Below the pieces are notes generated by a model. The model made no database searches. It was given only the letters and a program-made list of their open reading frames with translations, and was not told the origin of the DNA. A stretch of DNA of 64,000 nt from Nitrospinales bacterium. GTDB lineage: Bacteria > Nitrospinota > Nitrospinia > Nitrospinales > JAJDAT01. Position numbers and translations under genes: made by a program. Location: positions 32,001 through 96,000 of the forward strand of contig JBHHYO010000002.1 of the NCBI GenBank assembly GCA_046757665.1. The letters are read 5' to 3'. The first letter of the stretch is position 1; each line of letters begins with the position of its first letter. This document shows, in pieces, positions 25,883 through 38,357 of the stretch.

Positions 25883-27538
25883 TCAACGATTCGGCAATGT
25901 CCCGCACTCACCGGCCTGCTTGCGGCAGTCAAAAACCAGGATGGAACCGCCGCCGAGTTGCGCCGTCGGCACGATTTTCCGGAGCGGCGCGTAGAAGTCC
26001 GGCGGGCGGTTGTAAAGCCCCTGCAACAAGGTCGCGCTGACGGCTATGACTCCCTCCAGCTTAAGCTCATCCACAGCCAGAGGCGTCTGCCGCCGCAAAA
26101 ACGACGGCAGTGGCTCGGCGACAACGCCATACGCTTTCGGGTCGGCGGTGCCGAAATAACCCAGCCGAACGGTCTTGATATTCCTCTCCCGCTGAAAACG
26201 CGCCAGCGCGGGAAGGGCCTGTCCCCAGTCCAGGTTGGAATCGACAAGATACAACCGCTTCTCCTGTTGCGGCACGGCGCGGTTGAAATAGGACAAGTAA
26301 TCCGGGTGCGCGCTCAGCGTCGCAAAAACCAGCCAGCCCAAAACCGGTATCAAAAGCAAACGCCACCGGGGAACCCGCGCCACGCCCCCCAGGTATAAAA
26401 ACAAAAACGGATACGCCCACAGCAGGTAGCGCAGGCCCAGGTTGACTCTCTTCAAAACCACCGCCAGCACAATGCCGCCGAGAGCCAGGGCGATGAAGTT
26501 CGTCATTTTGCCGACCCGGAACTTTCCTCGCAGGTGCAACAAAAGCGCCGTGACCAGCAGGATCAAAACAGGCAGTGGGGTCTTGTACGCGAAGGCCAGG
26601 GGAAAATAGGCAAGCCATCCCTTGTCCGAAATCACGCCGTTCAGGTAATACACGCGCCCGGTCTCCAGGGATTGCCAGCCCTGCCGCAGGCCGCCGAAAT
26701 AGTCCGGCGCGGGCGCCGGTATTCCGTTGCCGTCAATCCGCCCGACCTGGAACCCGTACACCCCCCATAGCACGACAAAAGCTATCGCCACCAGGGCCAG
26801 CCAGACCCAGACGGCGTTCAAGCGAGATTTGGCAACCGGCGTCCGGCCCAGCGCCGGCGCCAGAACGGTCTTTCGTTCCGCGAGCACGAGAACCAGAAGC
26901 GCAACGGGCAATGCCAGGAGCGCCATGTGCTTGCTCGCCAGGGCCGCGCCCAGGCACAACCCCGCCACCGCCAGCCGCCAGGGCGCGGGCCGGCGGACAA
27001 GGCCCGACAAGGCGAAAAAAAACGCGAACAGACACAGCGCCAGCCCCATGTCCGTGGTCACTAGCCGCCCGTGCGCCAGCATCATGGGCGAGAAAACGAA
27101 CAGGCCAAGCGCCGTCAGCCCGCCCGCTTCCCCATGAAGCTCCCGCGCCCACAGGTAAACCAGAAACCCAAGAACCAGGGCAAGCCCCACCGTCACCCGG
27201 CGGGCTTGGCGAATCATTGCCTTGCCGTCATTATCCATCTCCCACAACACCCTGCCGGAATGGAAAAAGAACGGATACATTGCCGGAGTCGCCTCGGGAA
27301 TTTCAGGGCGCCGCGTAACATGGACGGGTAGCGCCTGCAACAGGTTGATCAACGGCGGATGCTCGCGGTTCAACAGATAACCCTTCCCGGCAAGCGGGTA
27401 CAGTCCCCGCACCAGATGGTTGCCCTCGTCGAACGTCGCCGACTTTTCCTCCAGGCCGGTAAGAGCCAGGCAGGCAAACACCGCCAGCAACGTGGCGGCC
27501 AATCCCCTGGCGGCGTAGCGGTAGGAATCTTTATTCAC
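25883..27538 (-). CDS. GT-C / PMT-ArnT-like integral membrane glycosyltransferase
   Basis: TFDE..H, EHPPL, HGRLVTTD, many TM helices, DSNLDWGQ. Confidence 0.8.
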   Translation of the reverse strand: MNKDSYRYAARGLAATLLAVFACLALTGLEEKSATFDEGNHLVRGLYPLAGKGYLLNREHPPLINLLQALPVHVTRRPEIPEATPAMYPFFFHSGRVLWEMDNDGKAMIRQARRVTVGLALVLGFLVYLWARELHGEAGGLTALGLFVFSPMMLAHGRLVTTDMGLALCLFAFFFALSGLVRRPAPWRLAVAGLCLGAALASKHMALLALPVALLVLVLAERKTVLAPALGRTPVAKSRLNAVWVWLALVAIAFVVLWGVYGFQVGRIDGNGIPAPAPDYFGGLRQGWQSLETGRVYYLNGVISDKGWLAYFPLAFAYKTPLPVLILLVTALLLHLRGKFRVGKMTNFIALALGGIVLAVVLKRVNLGLRYLLWAYPFLFLYLGGVARVPRWRLLLIPVLGWLVFATLSAHPDYLSYFNRAVPQQEKRLYLVDSNLDWGQALPALARFQRERNIKTVRLGYFGTADPKAYGVVAEPLPSFLRRQTPLAVDELKLEGVIAVSATLLQGLYNRPPDFYAPLRKIVPTAQLGGGSILVFDCRKQAGECGTLPNR

Positions 27539-27675
27539 GGTTATGGTTTGGCCGGAGATTTGTTAAAACAAGCTTCTTCCCGAAAAGGATTCGACATCCC
27601 GTCGATGGTATTCGTGATAAGCCCCTCCCGCAACTCATTTTTCGCGGAGAAAAAATATAAGGAGCCGGGACATTC

Positions 27676-27684
27676 TGTTATAAT
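27676..27684 (+). promoter_or_regulatory. extended -10 (TGtTATAAT) just upstream of purS
   Basis: Ends 8 nt before the purS ATG; no SD sequence in between. Confidence 0.5.
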
Positions 27685-27692
27685 CTTCCACC

Positions 27693-27941
27693 ATGCTGGC
27701 GAAAATTCACGTGACATTCAAGAACGGCGTGCTGGACCCTCAGGGCAAGGCCGTGCATCATGCCCTCACCGACCTCGGATACACGGAAGTGACCGCCGTC
27801 AATATCGGCAAATACATGGAAATCCGGTTGGACGGCGTTTCCAGGGCCGAAGCCCAGAGCCGCGTTGCGGAAATGTGCGATAAACTTCTCGCCAACCCGA
27901 TCATCGAATCCTACCGGTTCACCTTGGACCCTGCCGGATGA
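27693..27941 (+). CDS. purS: FGAM synthase subunit PurS
   Basis: [24 protein letters not shown]. Confidence 0.95.
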   Translation: MLAKIHVTFKNGVLDPQGKAVHHALTDLGYTEVTAVNIGKYMEIRLDGVSRAEAQSRVAEMCDKLLANPIIESYRFTLDPAG

Positions 27942-27966
27942 ATCTTTCCTTGAAGGACGTCGTGCC

Positions 27967-28653
27967 ATGAAATGCGGTGTTGTTGTTTTTCCGGGATCGA
28001 ACTGCGACCGGGATTGCTACCATGTCCTGAAACAGGTTTACAAACTGGATGCGCAATGGATATGGCATAAGGACCTGCGCCTGGGGAAGTTTGATTTTAT
28101 CGTGCTTCCGGGCGGCTTTTCCTATGGGGACTATCTGCGGCCCGGCGCGATTGCCCGGTTTTCTCCGGTCATGAAAACCTTGCTGGACTACGCCCGGGCC
28201 GGCGGGCGCATCCTGGGCATATGCAACGGCTTTCAGATTCTGCTCGAAGCCGGCCTGTTGCCCGGAGCCCTCATGCGCAACTATTCCCAGAACTTCATTT
28301 GCAAGCCCGTGTACGTTCGCGTGGAGAACAACCGGACACCGTTCACCGGCCAGTGCAGGGAAAAAGCGGTTTTGAAAATCCCTATCGCCCACGCCGACGG
28401 ACGCTTCTTCATTTCCACCGCCAGGCTCAAGCGGATTGAGGACAACGGCCAGGTCGTTCTTCGTTATTGCGACCGCGACGGCGAAATCACCGAGGCCGCC
28501 AACCCCAACGGCTCGGTGGCAAACATCGCCGCCGTCGCCAACGACACGAAAACGGTTCTGGGAATGATGCCGCACCCCGAACGTTGCGCCGACCCGCTGT
28601 GGGCCGACCTCGACGGCAAGCATATTTTTCAATCCCTGATTCAATCCTTCTGA
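27967..28653 (+). CDS. purQ: FGAM synthase glutaminase subunit
   Basis: [32 protein letters not shown]. Confidence 0.96.
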   Translation: MKCGVVVFPGSNCDRDCYHVLKQVYKLDAQWIWHKDLRLGKFDFIVLPGGFSYGDYLRPGAIARFSPVMKTLLDYARAGGRILGICNGFQILLEAGLLPGALMRNYSQNFICKPVYVRVENNRTPFTGQCREKAVLKIPIAHADGRFFISTARLKRIEDNGQVVLRYCDRDGEITEAANPNGSVANIAAVANDTKTVLGMMPHPERCADPLWADLDGKHIFQSLIQSF

Positions 28654-28669
28654 CGTCCCGGCGCCCACT

Positions 28670-30893
28670 ATGAAACCCGAGATCAAACCGCCCTACAGTT
28701 TGGAAACGGTGGAAGGAGTCGGCCTGAGCATCGACGAATACCAGCGCATCGAGGACCTGCTGGGCCGGGCGCCCAATTGGCCCGAGCTGGGCATCCTGGG
28801 CGTCATGTGGAGTGAACATTGCAGTTACAAAAGTTCGAAGGTTCATTTGCAGACCCTGCCCACGGAAGGCCCGCGGGTGCTCCAGGGCCCCGGCGAGAAT
28901 GCCGGCGCCGTCGATCTCGGCAACGGCATGGCGGCCGTTTTCAAGATCGAGAGCCACAACCATCCGTCCTACGTCGAACCGCGTCAGGGAGCCGCCACGG
29001 GTGTCGGCGGCATCCTGCGCGATATCTTCACCATGGGAGCCCGGCCCGTGGCCCTGCTCGATTCCCTGCGCTTCGGCGACCCGGAACACGCCCGCACCCG
29101 GTATCTGCTCAAGGGCGTGGTCAAGGGCATTGCCGATTATGGAAACTGCGTCGGCGTGCCCACCGTGGGCGGCGAAATCGGTTTCGACTTCTGTTATAAC
29201 CAGAACATCCTGGTCAACGTGTTTTGCCTGGGCCTGGTAAAAAGCGACCGCATATTTTGCGCCAGCGCGGGAGGCCCCGGCAACACGGTGTTCTATGTCG
29301 GCTCCAAAACCGGAAGGGACGGCATTCACGGCGCCAGCCTGCTGGCCTCCAGCGAGTTCGACGAAACCACGGAGGACAAACGGCCCACCGTTCAGGTCGG
29401 GGACCCGTTCACCGAAAAACTCCTCATCGAGGCCTGCATGGAACTGTTACAGCACGACTGGGTCGTCGGCATCCAGGATATGGGCGCGGCGGGGTTGACC
29501 TCCTCCTCATTTGAAATGGCCGGCCGCTCCGGCGCCGGCATTGAAATCGACCTCTCCCGCGTCCCCCTGCGGGAAGCAGGCATGACGCCCTACGAAATCC
29601 TCCTCTCGGAATCCCAGGAACGCATGTTGATCGTCGTCAAAAAAGGTTGCGAAGAGGACGTTAAAACCCTGTTCAAAAAATGGGAACTGGAAGCGGAAGT
29701 CATCGGCAAAGTCACCACCGGCGGCAAAATGCAAATGCAATTCAACGGCGAAGTCGTCGTGAACCTGCCCATTTCCCTGGTCGTCGACGATGCGCCCGTT
29801 TACCATCGCGCCGCATCCGAACCGGCCCATATCGGTGAATTGGACAGCTTGAATTTAAAAGTCCTGCCGGTCCCCGAAAGAGGCGAACCGGCATTGAGAA
29901 AAATCCTGTCCTCTTTCAACATCGCCAGCAAGGCCTGGGTGTATGAACAGTACGACCACATGGTGGGCCTCAACACCCTCGTACTGCCCGGCTCGGATGC
30001 GGCCGTGGTCCGCGTCAAGGAAACGCAACAGGCCCTGGCCATTTCCGTTGACGGAAACAGCCGCTATTGCCATCTCAACCCCTTTAGCGGAGCGCAGATA
30101 GCGGTGGCCGAATGTTGCCGCAACATCGTCTGTTCCGGCGGACAGCCCATCGGCGTGACCAATTGCCTCAACTTCGGCTCTCCGGAGCGTCCGGAAACCA
30201 TGTGGCATTTTGAACAATGCGTGAAGGGAATCGGCGAGGCCTGCCGATTGTTTGAAATTCCGGTGGTCAGCGGCAACGTCAGCTTATATAATGAAACGAA
30301 AGGAAAGCCCATTTACCCAACTCCCATCATCGCCGTGGTGGGCTTGCTGGAGGACCAAAAACGCCACTGTACGCAATGGTTCAAGGAACCCGGTCACCTG
30401 ATCGGCCTGCTGGGCCTGACCATGGAGGAGTTGGGCGGGACCGAGTACCTGGAATTGATGTTCGATTTATGCCAGGGACGCATTCCGCACCTCGACCTCA
30501 AATATGAAAACACGATTCAACAGGTTTGCCGGGACTTGATCCGCCAGAACCTCATCGCGTCCGCTCACGACTGTTCCGAGGGAGGACTGGCGACAGCGCT
30601 GGCGGAATCCTGCGTTTCCGGGCGGGAACGGGTGCTGGGCGCGGATATCCGGCTGGATTCTACAATCCGGGCCGACGCCCTTTTGTTCGGGGAGTCCCAG
30701 TCGCGAATCGTTATCTCCTTTCCTCCAGAAAACAGGGATGCCATTGAGAAACTGACCCAAGCCAGGCAAGCCGATTTTACGGTCATCGGCAAGGTCGGCG
30801 GCAAGCATTTCACGGTCAGCCTCAACGACCGGGAGTTTATCAAGGAAGACGTTCACACCTTAAAAAAAGTCTGGGCGGAGCCCCTGGAAAATT

Positions 30894-30913
<20 letters not shown>
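28670..30913 (+). CDS. purL: FGAM synthase synthetase subunit
   Basis: [51 protein letters not shown]. Confidence 0.97.
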
Positions 30914-32294
<1,381 letters not shown>

Positions 32295-32339
32295 CAGGTC
32301 GCTGAGAAAGTCAGGTTGAGGCGATTTCCTTCCCGGTGT

Positions 32340-32470
32340 GTCATCGCGAGCCGCCACCGGCGGCGCGGCGATCCAGCCGGGCCACGCCCGGTAGGAATGG
32401 GGCCTTTCTGGATTGCTTCGGCTACCGCCTCGCAATGACGATCAAGCAAGAAGACTTATGCAAATCTCTC
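32340..32470 (-). mobile_element. MITE/REP-like palindromic element, copy B
   Basis: Reverse complement of copy A core, ending TTATGCAAATCTCTC; between convergent genes. Confidence 0.75.
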
Positions 32471-32580
32471 CTTATTTAAAAGGCTTGCCACCCTTCGACA
32501 AGCTCAGGGCGACAACCCGATGCCTCTCAAAAGACTTTTTCAGCGCCCCGCTATATGCTGATTTCCGACAAGCCGCGGGT

Positions 32581-33285
32581 TTATTCCTCGGGTTGTCGGC
32601 GTTCCTCCAGCTCCCGCAACTGGCGGCGCACTTCAAGATGCACGGTCAGGGTATTCGACATATCCTTCAAATCGTCCAGGGATTCGAGGCCGAACTGTCG
32701 CAAAAACTTCCGATACCGCGAATCGTGAATCAGGTAATCCGGCAGGGGCTCGATGCTGGGGAATTTGGTGATTTCCCCGAGTTCTTCCTCGGAAAGAAAT
32801 ATTTTGTATTTTCTTCCCCTGATGATTTTTTTCTTTTTATGCTCCTGATCAGCCTCGTCTAATACTTTGGCCGTTTTCTGAATGGACCGCCCGACGGAGT
32901 CTCCGCCTCCCAGCAACCAGACGCGGCGCAACCGTCCCCGGTCCCAAAGCTCCACCTTATTAAAATCCTCCAACAACTTTTTCACCGCCGAGGTCCAATC
33001 GACCGCGGAAATTCGGGCGGTAATCGTTATATCCCCCAGTTCATCCCGAACCGCGAAAAGAATGCCGCTGTCATTCTGGATGCGCCGCAAAACGTCCTTC
33101 AAGGAACGCTCCGTCACATCAATTGTAACGCCTTTCTCGAAAGATCGGATTTCCAGGGCGCCGATGGGATCGGCGGCGGCGCGGGGGGGTGAAGCTGTCT
33201 CCGCAAAAACCGGCAAGCCCAAAAACGGCAACAGGAGTACCAGCGCCACCAGCCCGGCAAACCGGTTCTTCTCTTGAAACAACAT
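32581..33285 (-). CDS. exported hypothetical protein with secretin-N/STN-like domain
   Basis: Signal peptide (PVFA/E), VTIDVTERSLKDVLRRIQNDSGILF...AVKKLL; divergent from the T2SS operon. Confidence 0.55.
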   Translation of the reverse strand: MLFQEKNRFAGLVALVLLLPFLGLPVFAETASPPRAAADPIGALEIRSFEKGVTIDVTERSLKDVLRRIQNDSGILFAVRDELGDITITARISAVDWTSAVKKLLEDFNKVELWDRGRLRRVWLLGGGDSVGRSIQKTAKVLDEADQEHKKKKIIRGRKYKIFLSEEELGEITKFPSIEPLPDYLIHDSRYRKFLRQFGLESLDDLKDMSNTLTVHLEVRRQLRELEERRQPEE

Positions 33286-33408
33286 TCCAGGCCCTTTCAA
33301 GACGGTTGAGGAGATCATTATAATCCTTTGATAAACAAGGGAGAGCCCGCTTACGGGTCAACCGATTATAATTCTCGGATCGGGGAAACTCAACGCTTTA
33401 TTGGCAAA

Positions 33409-33577
33409 GAGAGTTTTGCATAACCCGAAATTTTTCGCCGACCCGGTGTCATCGCGAGCCGCCACCGGCGGCGTGGCGATCCAGCCGGGCCACGCCCGGT
33501 AGGCATGGGTCCTTTCTGGATTGCTTCGGCTACCGCCTCGCAATGACAATCAAACAAACGCCCTTATGCAAAGGTCT
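33409..33577 (-). mobile_element. MITE/REP-like palindromic element, copy C (full length)
   Basis: Both ends present: GAGAGTTTTGCATAA ... TTATGCAAAGGTCT. Confidence 0.78.
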
Positions 33578-33596
33578 GAACGGCAAAAAGGATGCC

Positions 33597-33625
33597 TTGA
33601 CAAACCTCAATAAATTCATTAGGTT
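33597..33625 (+). promoter_or_regulatory. sigma70-type promoter of the T2SS operon, TTGACA-N17-TAGGTT
   Basis: Direct motif match upstream of the 33639 start. Confidence 0.5.
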
Positions 33626-33638
33626 ATAAAGGAATACA

Positions 33639-34424
33639 TTGTTTTTTCGAGAGCCCGTGGACAAAAAATTATCCGTCCTGAATTTGTTTTTGATTTTCAC
33701 TGCAGGAAGCCTTGTCGTCATGATCCTGAAAGTTTGGACGGACCCGGCGAGTCAATCCCGCATTGAAGGAACTCCGGTATCCGGCGCTCCAAAAAGTTTG
33801 CAGAAGTTTTCCACCAAGCGCAAGACGTATCCCGCGTCCATCGTGTCCCGGATTACCGGGAAAAATCTTTTTCGCAAAGAGCGGGTTGAATTCAAAACGG
33901 AGCAACCGGTCGTTGTGGCGGCGGCATCCGCGCCGGCCCTGCCGCCTCCGGAAATAACCGTGAAAGGCATCTTGTTGCTGGAGGGGACCCGAATCGCCGT
34001 TCTGGAAGGCCATTATTCCGTGCATAACGACGGAATGTCCATCGAGAAAAAAGCCATCAAAAAAAAGGGCTACCGTCCCGGGGATTATATCGGTGATTAT
34101 CAGATAACAGCCATCGAGCAAAACACGGTTATTTTGAGCCATAAAAACGGAAACCAGCTGATCGTCAAACTGAAGAAGCGCGGTTCTCCCACGCCGATAG
34201 AGCGGGCCGGCAACCGGTTGTTCTACAAGCCGCCCAAACCCGGCGGCGCCCCAAAACCGGCGCCGGTTCCAACGCCCGCGGCGATACGGGCCCGGACGGC
34301 AGTGACACGGGCCAAGCCGCATATATCCGGCAATCCGCAACCGGCGGCGACGCCTCCTCCGGCGGCCATTTCCGGAGCACGGACCAAGCCGCGGCAAACC
34401 AAACCGCATATTTCAGGACGATAA
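33639..34424 (+). CDS. GspC-like T2SS inner-membrane protein
   Basis: N-terminal TM, NLF motif, VKGI..IAVL, YRPGDYIGDYQITAIEQNTVIL (HR-domain-like), Pro-rich tail; first gene of the operon. Confidence 0.55.
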   Translation: MFFREPVDKKLSVLNLFLIFTAGSLVVMILKVWTDPASQSRIEGTPVSGAPKSLQKFSTKRKTYPASIVSRITGKNLFRKERVEFKTEQPVVVAAASAPALPPPEITVKGILLLEGTRIAVLEGHYSVHNDGMSIEKKAIKKKGYRPGDYIGDYQITAIEQNTVILSHKNGNQLIVKLKKRGSPTPIERAGNRLFYKPPKPGGAPKPAPVPTPAAIRARTAVTRAKPHISGNPQPAATPPPAAISGARTKPRQTKPHISGR

Positions 34425-34437
34425 TTTACTGTTTGTC

Positions 34438-36144
34438 ATGTTAAAAAAAATCGATCCAGTTGAAAAAATCCTTCTGACCCACAACAAGATTTCCCCGAAG
34501 GCCCTGGAGGAAGTTAAAACCAACGACTTTCAAAACGGCAAGTTTCTCGGGAAAACTCTGGTGGAGCACGGTTACATACACAGCAATACCCTGCTCGAGA
34601 CCCTGGCGCAAGAGCTTGACAAGCCTTACCTGAAACTGAAGGACTACCCGCGCGACAATCTGCCCGTTCCCGACCTGGAAATTTCCGCCGCCTTTATGAA
34701 AGAGAAAGTCGTCTTCCCTCTCAGCCTGGAAAATGACGTATTGACCCTGGCGGTTTTTAACCCGTTCGACTTCAACTCGATTGAGGATTTGCAAATCTCG
34801 CTGGGCCGGCCCATCCAGACCGCCCTCAGCAGTGAGGAAGACATTCTGGAGGCCATTGAAACCTTTTACGGCGAGGGCGGTTCGGCCTTGGACCGAATGA
34901 TTGACGATATCGAGGAGGAGGAAGCCGACAACCTGGCGCTGGATTCGGAAAGCGCCGAGCACATTCGCGACATGGCCTCCGAGGCGCCGGTGATCAAACT
35001 GGTGAACCATATCATCAGCCAGGCCATTGAGAGCGGAGCCAGCGACATCCACATCGAACCGTTTGCGGACGATCTCATTCTGCGTTATCGCATTGACGGC
35101 GTTTTGCACGACCTGGAAGCGCCGCCCAAAAAACTCTTCGCCGCCATCACGTCGCGGATCAAGATCATGGCGAAGCTGGACATTTCCGAGCGCCGGCTTC
35201 CCCAGGACGGCAGGATCAGGATCAAAACGCTGGGCAAGGATATCGACATCCGCGTCTCCACCCTGCCGACGTTGTACGGTGAAAGCGTGGTCATGCGAAT
35301 CCTGGATCGGGCGGGCGTGGTGGTCAACCTCCAGCAGTTGGGATTTCCCGAAAAGGAACTGGCGGAATTTCAGGCGCTCATTCAAAAACCTTACGGCAAG
35401 CTTCTGGTCACCGGTCCCACCGGTAGCGGCAAAACCACCACCTTGTACGCCGCCCTGGAAAAGATCAACACCCCCGACAAAAAGATCATCACCATCGAAG
35501 ACCCGGTGGAATACCAATTGCGCGGCGTCAATCAAATTCACGTCAAACCGCAAATCGGCTTGTCTTTCGCCGGCGGACTGCGGGCCATCGTGCGCCAAGA
35601 CCCGGACGTAATCATGGTGGGCGAGATCCGCGACGCGGAAACGGCGGCAATCGCCATTCAAGCCGCGCTTACCGGACACATGGTTTTCAGTACGATCCAT
35701 ACCAACGACGCCGCCGGAGCCATCACCCGACTGCTGGACATGGGAATCGAAAATTTCCTGATCGCCTCCGCCGTGCTGGGGGTTTTGGCACAACGCCTCG
35801 TCCGCATCATCTGCCGCCACTGCAAGGAAGAAATCGAACTCGAATCCGCCTACGCCAGGGAAATGGGCGACATGGCGCCGGACAACTTGAAGGTCTTCCA
35901 CGGCAAGGGGTGCGACCATTGCAGTCATACCGGGTACCGCGGACGCAAAGGCATCTATGAGCTTCTGATCATCGACGATGCCATCCACAACCTCATCCTC
36001 GCCAAAGCCAGCGCTCATGTGATCCGCGCCAAGGCACGGGAAAACGGTATGAGAGTTCTGCGCGAGGACGGCTGGAGAAAGGTGCTACAAGGAGAAACCA
36101 CCGCCGAGGAAGTTCTCCGCGTTACCTTGAATAATGAGTTATAA
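34438..36144 (+). CDS. gspE: T2SS ATPase
   Basis: ASDIHIEP, RLPQDGR, GPTGSGKTTT, RQDPDVIMVGEIRD, CxxC pairs. Confidence 0.95.
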   Translation: MLKKIDPVEKILLTHNKISPKALEEVKTNDFQNGKFLGKTLVEHGYIHSNTLLETLAQELDKPYLKLKDYPRDNLPVPDLEISAAFMKEKVVFPLSLENDVLTLAVFNPFDFNSIEDLQISLGRPIQTALSSEEDILEAIETFYGEGGSALDRMIDDIEEEEADNLALDSESAEHIRDMASEAPVIKLVNHIISQAIESGASDIHIEPFADDLILRYRIDGVLHDLEAPPKKLFAAITSRIKIMAKLDISERRLPQDGRIRIKTLGKDIDIRVSTLPTLYGESVVMRILDRAGVVVNLQQLGFPEKELAEFQALIQKPYGKLLVTGPTGSGKTTTLYAALEKINTPDKKIITIEDPVEYQLRGVNQIHVKPQIGLSFAGGLRAIVRQDPDVIMVGEIRDAETAAIAIQAALTGHMVFSTIHTNDAAGAITRLLDMGIENFLIASAVLGVLAQRLVRIICRHCKEEIELESAYAREMGDMAPDNLKVFHGKGCDHCSHTGYRGRKGIYELLIIDDAIHNLILAKASAHVIRAKARENGMRVLREDGWRKVLQGETTAEEVLRVTLNNEL

Positions 36145-36201
36145 TAACAGTTTTATCCTTGCCAAAATGGAAAGTTCCCTCGTTACGCAACCGGACAAAT
36201 C

Positions 36202-37428
36202 ATGACTGTTTATTTTTACCAGGCCACGGACCGGACCGGGAAGGTCATTGAAGGCAATATCGACGCGCCGGATTACCGCCTGGCGATTCAAAAGGTGCGC
36301 GGCCTGAATTATTTTCCCATTCAGGTTTCGGAACAAAAAATCAAAAACGGTTTTTCTCTTAACCTGGATTTTTCCGGTTTCCGGCTTTTCCCGAAAATCT
36401 CGCACAAGCAATTGCTGGCATTCACTCAGCAATTGGCCACGCTGGTATCTTCCGGCTTGACTCTGGACAAAAGCCTTTCCGTGCTGGTGAAACTGGCCGA
36501 CGGGGAAGCCATCCGCTCCACCCTGACCGACATCCAAAAGCGGGTGCACTCGGGGAGCACTTTCGCCGATGCGTTGAACCGTTACCCGAACATATTTTCC
36601 AAGCTCTACCTCAACATGATCCGGGCGGGGGAAACCGGAGGCATTCTCGGCCCCGTTCTTTTGCGGCTGTCGGATTTTCTGGAAAGTAGCGAGGAGTTGA
36701 AAAACAATATTCGATCGGCGCTGGTGTATCCTATTCTTTTGACGCTGGTGGGCGGAGCGGCAATCGTGGTGCTGATGACGGTGGTGATTCCAAAGTTTGC
36801 CGTTATTTTCTCCGACCTGGATCAAGGGCTCCCGCTTCCCACAATGCTCCTCCTTGCGACAAGCGACTTTATCGGAAAGTACTGGTGGGCGCTTATCCTG
36901 CTTCTTGTCGGAGGAATCGTTTCGTTGAGCCGGTACCTGAAAACGGAGGCGGGAAAACACCGCTGGGACAGCTTGCTGTTAAAGCTCCCCCTGTTCGGCG
37001 CTCTGGTTCAAAAAATCGAGGTCTCCCGGTTCAGCCGCACCATGGCCGCGCTGTTGAACAGCGGCGTGCCCATTCTGCAATCGCTCTCCGTCGTGCAGTC
37101 CATTCTGGGCAACAGCGTCATCGCGGCTTCCATGGACAGCCTCCATAAAGGCCTGAAGGGAGGCAAAGGAATTTCGACCCCGCTCCAGAAAGCCGACCTT
37201 TTCCCGCCGATGGCCGTTCACATGATCACCGTCGGCGAAGAAACGGGGACCCTGGAAGAAATGTTAACCAAAATAGCCGACAATTACGATAAAGAGGTGG
37301 CGCGCGCCATCAAAAGCCTGATCTCACTCATCGAACCCCTCATGATCCTCATCATGGGCGCGGCAGTGGGTTTCATTGTAATTTCCATGTTGATGGCTGT
37401 TTTCAGCATCAACGACGTTCCACTTTGA
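36202..37428 (+). CDS. gspF: T2SS inner-membrane platform protein
   Basis: QLATLVSSGL, AGETGG, ALVYP, VGEETG, IEP. Confidence 0.93.
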   Translation: MTVYFYQATDRTGKVIEGNIDAPDYRLAIQKVRGLNYFPIQVSEQKIKNGFSLNLDFSGFRLFPKISHKQLLAFTQQLATLVSSGLTLDKSLSVLVKLADGEAIRSTLTDIQKRVHSGSTFADALNRYPNIFSKLYLNMIRAGETGGILGPVLLRLSDFLESSEELKNNIRSALVYPILLTLVGGAAIVVLMTVVIPKFAVIFSDLDQGLPLPTMLLLATSDFIGKYWWALILLLVGGIVSLSRYLKTEAGKHRWDSLLLKLPLFGALVQKIEVSRFSRTMAALLNSGVPILQSLSVVQSILGNSVIAASMDSLHKGLKGGKGISTPLQKADLFPPMAVHMITVGEETGTLEEMLTKIADNYDKEVARAIKSLISLIEPLMILIMGAAVGFIVISMLMAVFSINDVPL

Positions 37429-37453
37429 TTAACCGGTTTTAAGGTCGGAGACC

Positions 37454-37873
37454 ATGAAACATCAAAAAATTCGGACAGGACTTGGGCGTTTGCAAGCCAA
37501 CGGTTTTACCTTGATTGAACTGCTCGTGGTGATGGTGATCATCGGCTTGCTGGCTTCCCTTGTCGGGCCGAAATTATTCGGTCACGTGGACAAGGCCCGG
37601 CAAAAGGATGCCCAGGCGCAAATTGAACTGCTGAGCCAGGCGCTGGACCTCTACCGCCTGGAAAACCACAAATTCCCCACCACCTCCGAAGGGCTGGAGG
37701 CTATCGAACCCTATCTCAAGAAAGAAATCCCAAAGGACCCCTTTGGAAACGACTATGTTTATAAATCACCCGGCATCCACGGAGACTACGATTTATTGTC
37801 CTATGGAGCCGACAACGCCGAAGGAGGAGAGGGCAACGACAAGGACATCGTCAATTGGAAAAACCTTGAGTAA
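37454..37873 (+). CDS. gspG: T2SS major pseudopilin
   Basis: G/FTLIELLVV, ALDLYRL, DPFGNDY, SYGAD...GGEG..DI. Confidence 0.95.
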   Translation: MKHQKIRTGLGRLQANGFTLIELLVVMVIIGLLASLVGPKLFGHVDKARQKDAQAQIELLSQALDLYRLENHKFPTTSEGLEAIEPYLKKEIPKDPFGNDYVYKSPGIHGDYDLLSYGADNAEGGEGNDKDIVNWKNLE

Positions 37874-38357
37874 GTTTTTATTCCACGGTTTCGACAAACG
37901 CGCGTTTTCCCTGCTGGAACTTATTTTGGTTCTGTTTCTGGTCGGTTTGATGGCGGGCCTGACAACTCCTTTTTTAGTATCCACGCTCGAACGGATCAAG
38001 AGCCAATCCTCGGTGCGCGAACTTGCCACATCCCTCCGTTACGCAAGAAGCCTGGCCATCACCCAGAAAACGCCGTTTGCTTTCAACATCAATATGGACA
38101 ACAACAAGTATTGGCTGACGGACCTGGAAACGGAAGAACCCCGAATCGTCAGGGAATTGGACCCGGGAGTCCAGGTCATCCGTTTTTCGGATAAGGAAGA
38201 AACCATTGTCAGCGGCACATTTTTTATTATTTTTTACCCGCAGGGAAACTCCAGCGGCGGTTCCATTTCCATTGAAAGCAAGGACCCATCCGGCAAATCA
38301 TTTTTCATCACTTTGGATAGCGTAACGGGAAAACCCCATGTCGACCAAGAGACTTGA
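37866..38357 (+). CDS. gspH: T2SS minor pseudopilin H
   Basis: A/FSLLELILV, RYARSLAI, FYPQGNSSGG; TTG start inferred. Confidence 0.85.
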   Translation: MSKFLFHGFDKRAFSLLELILVLFLVGLMAGLTTPFLVSTLERIKSQSSVRELATSLRYARSLAITQKTPFAFNINMDNNKYWLTDLETEEPRIVRELDPGVQVIRFSDKEETIVSGTFFIIFYPQGNSSGGSISIESKDPSGKSFFITLDSVTGKPHVDQET

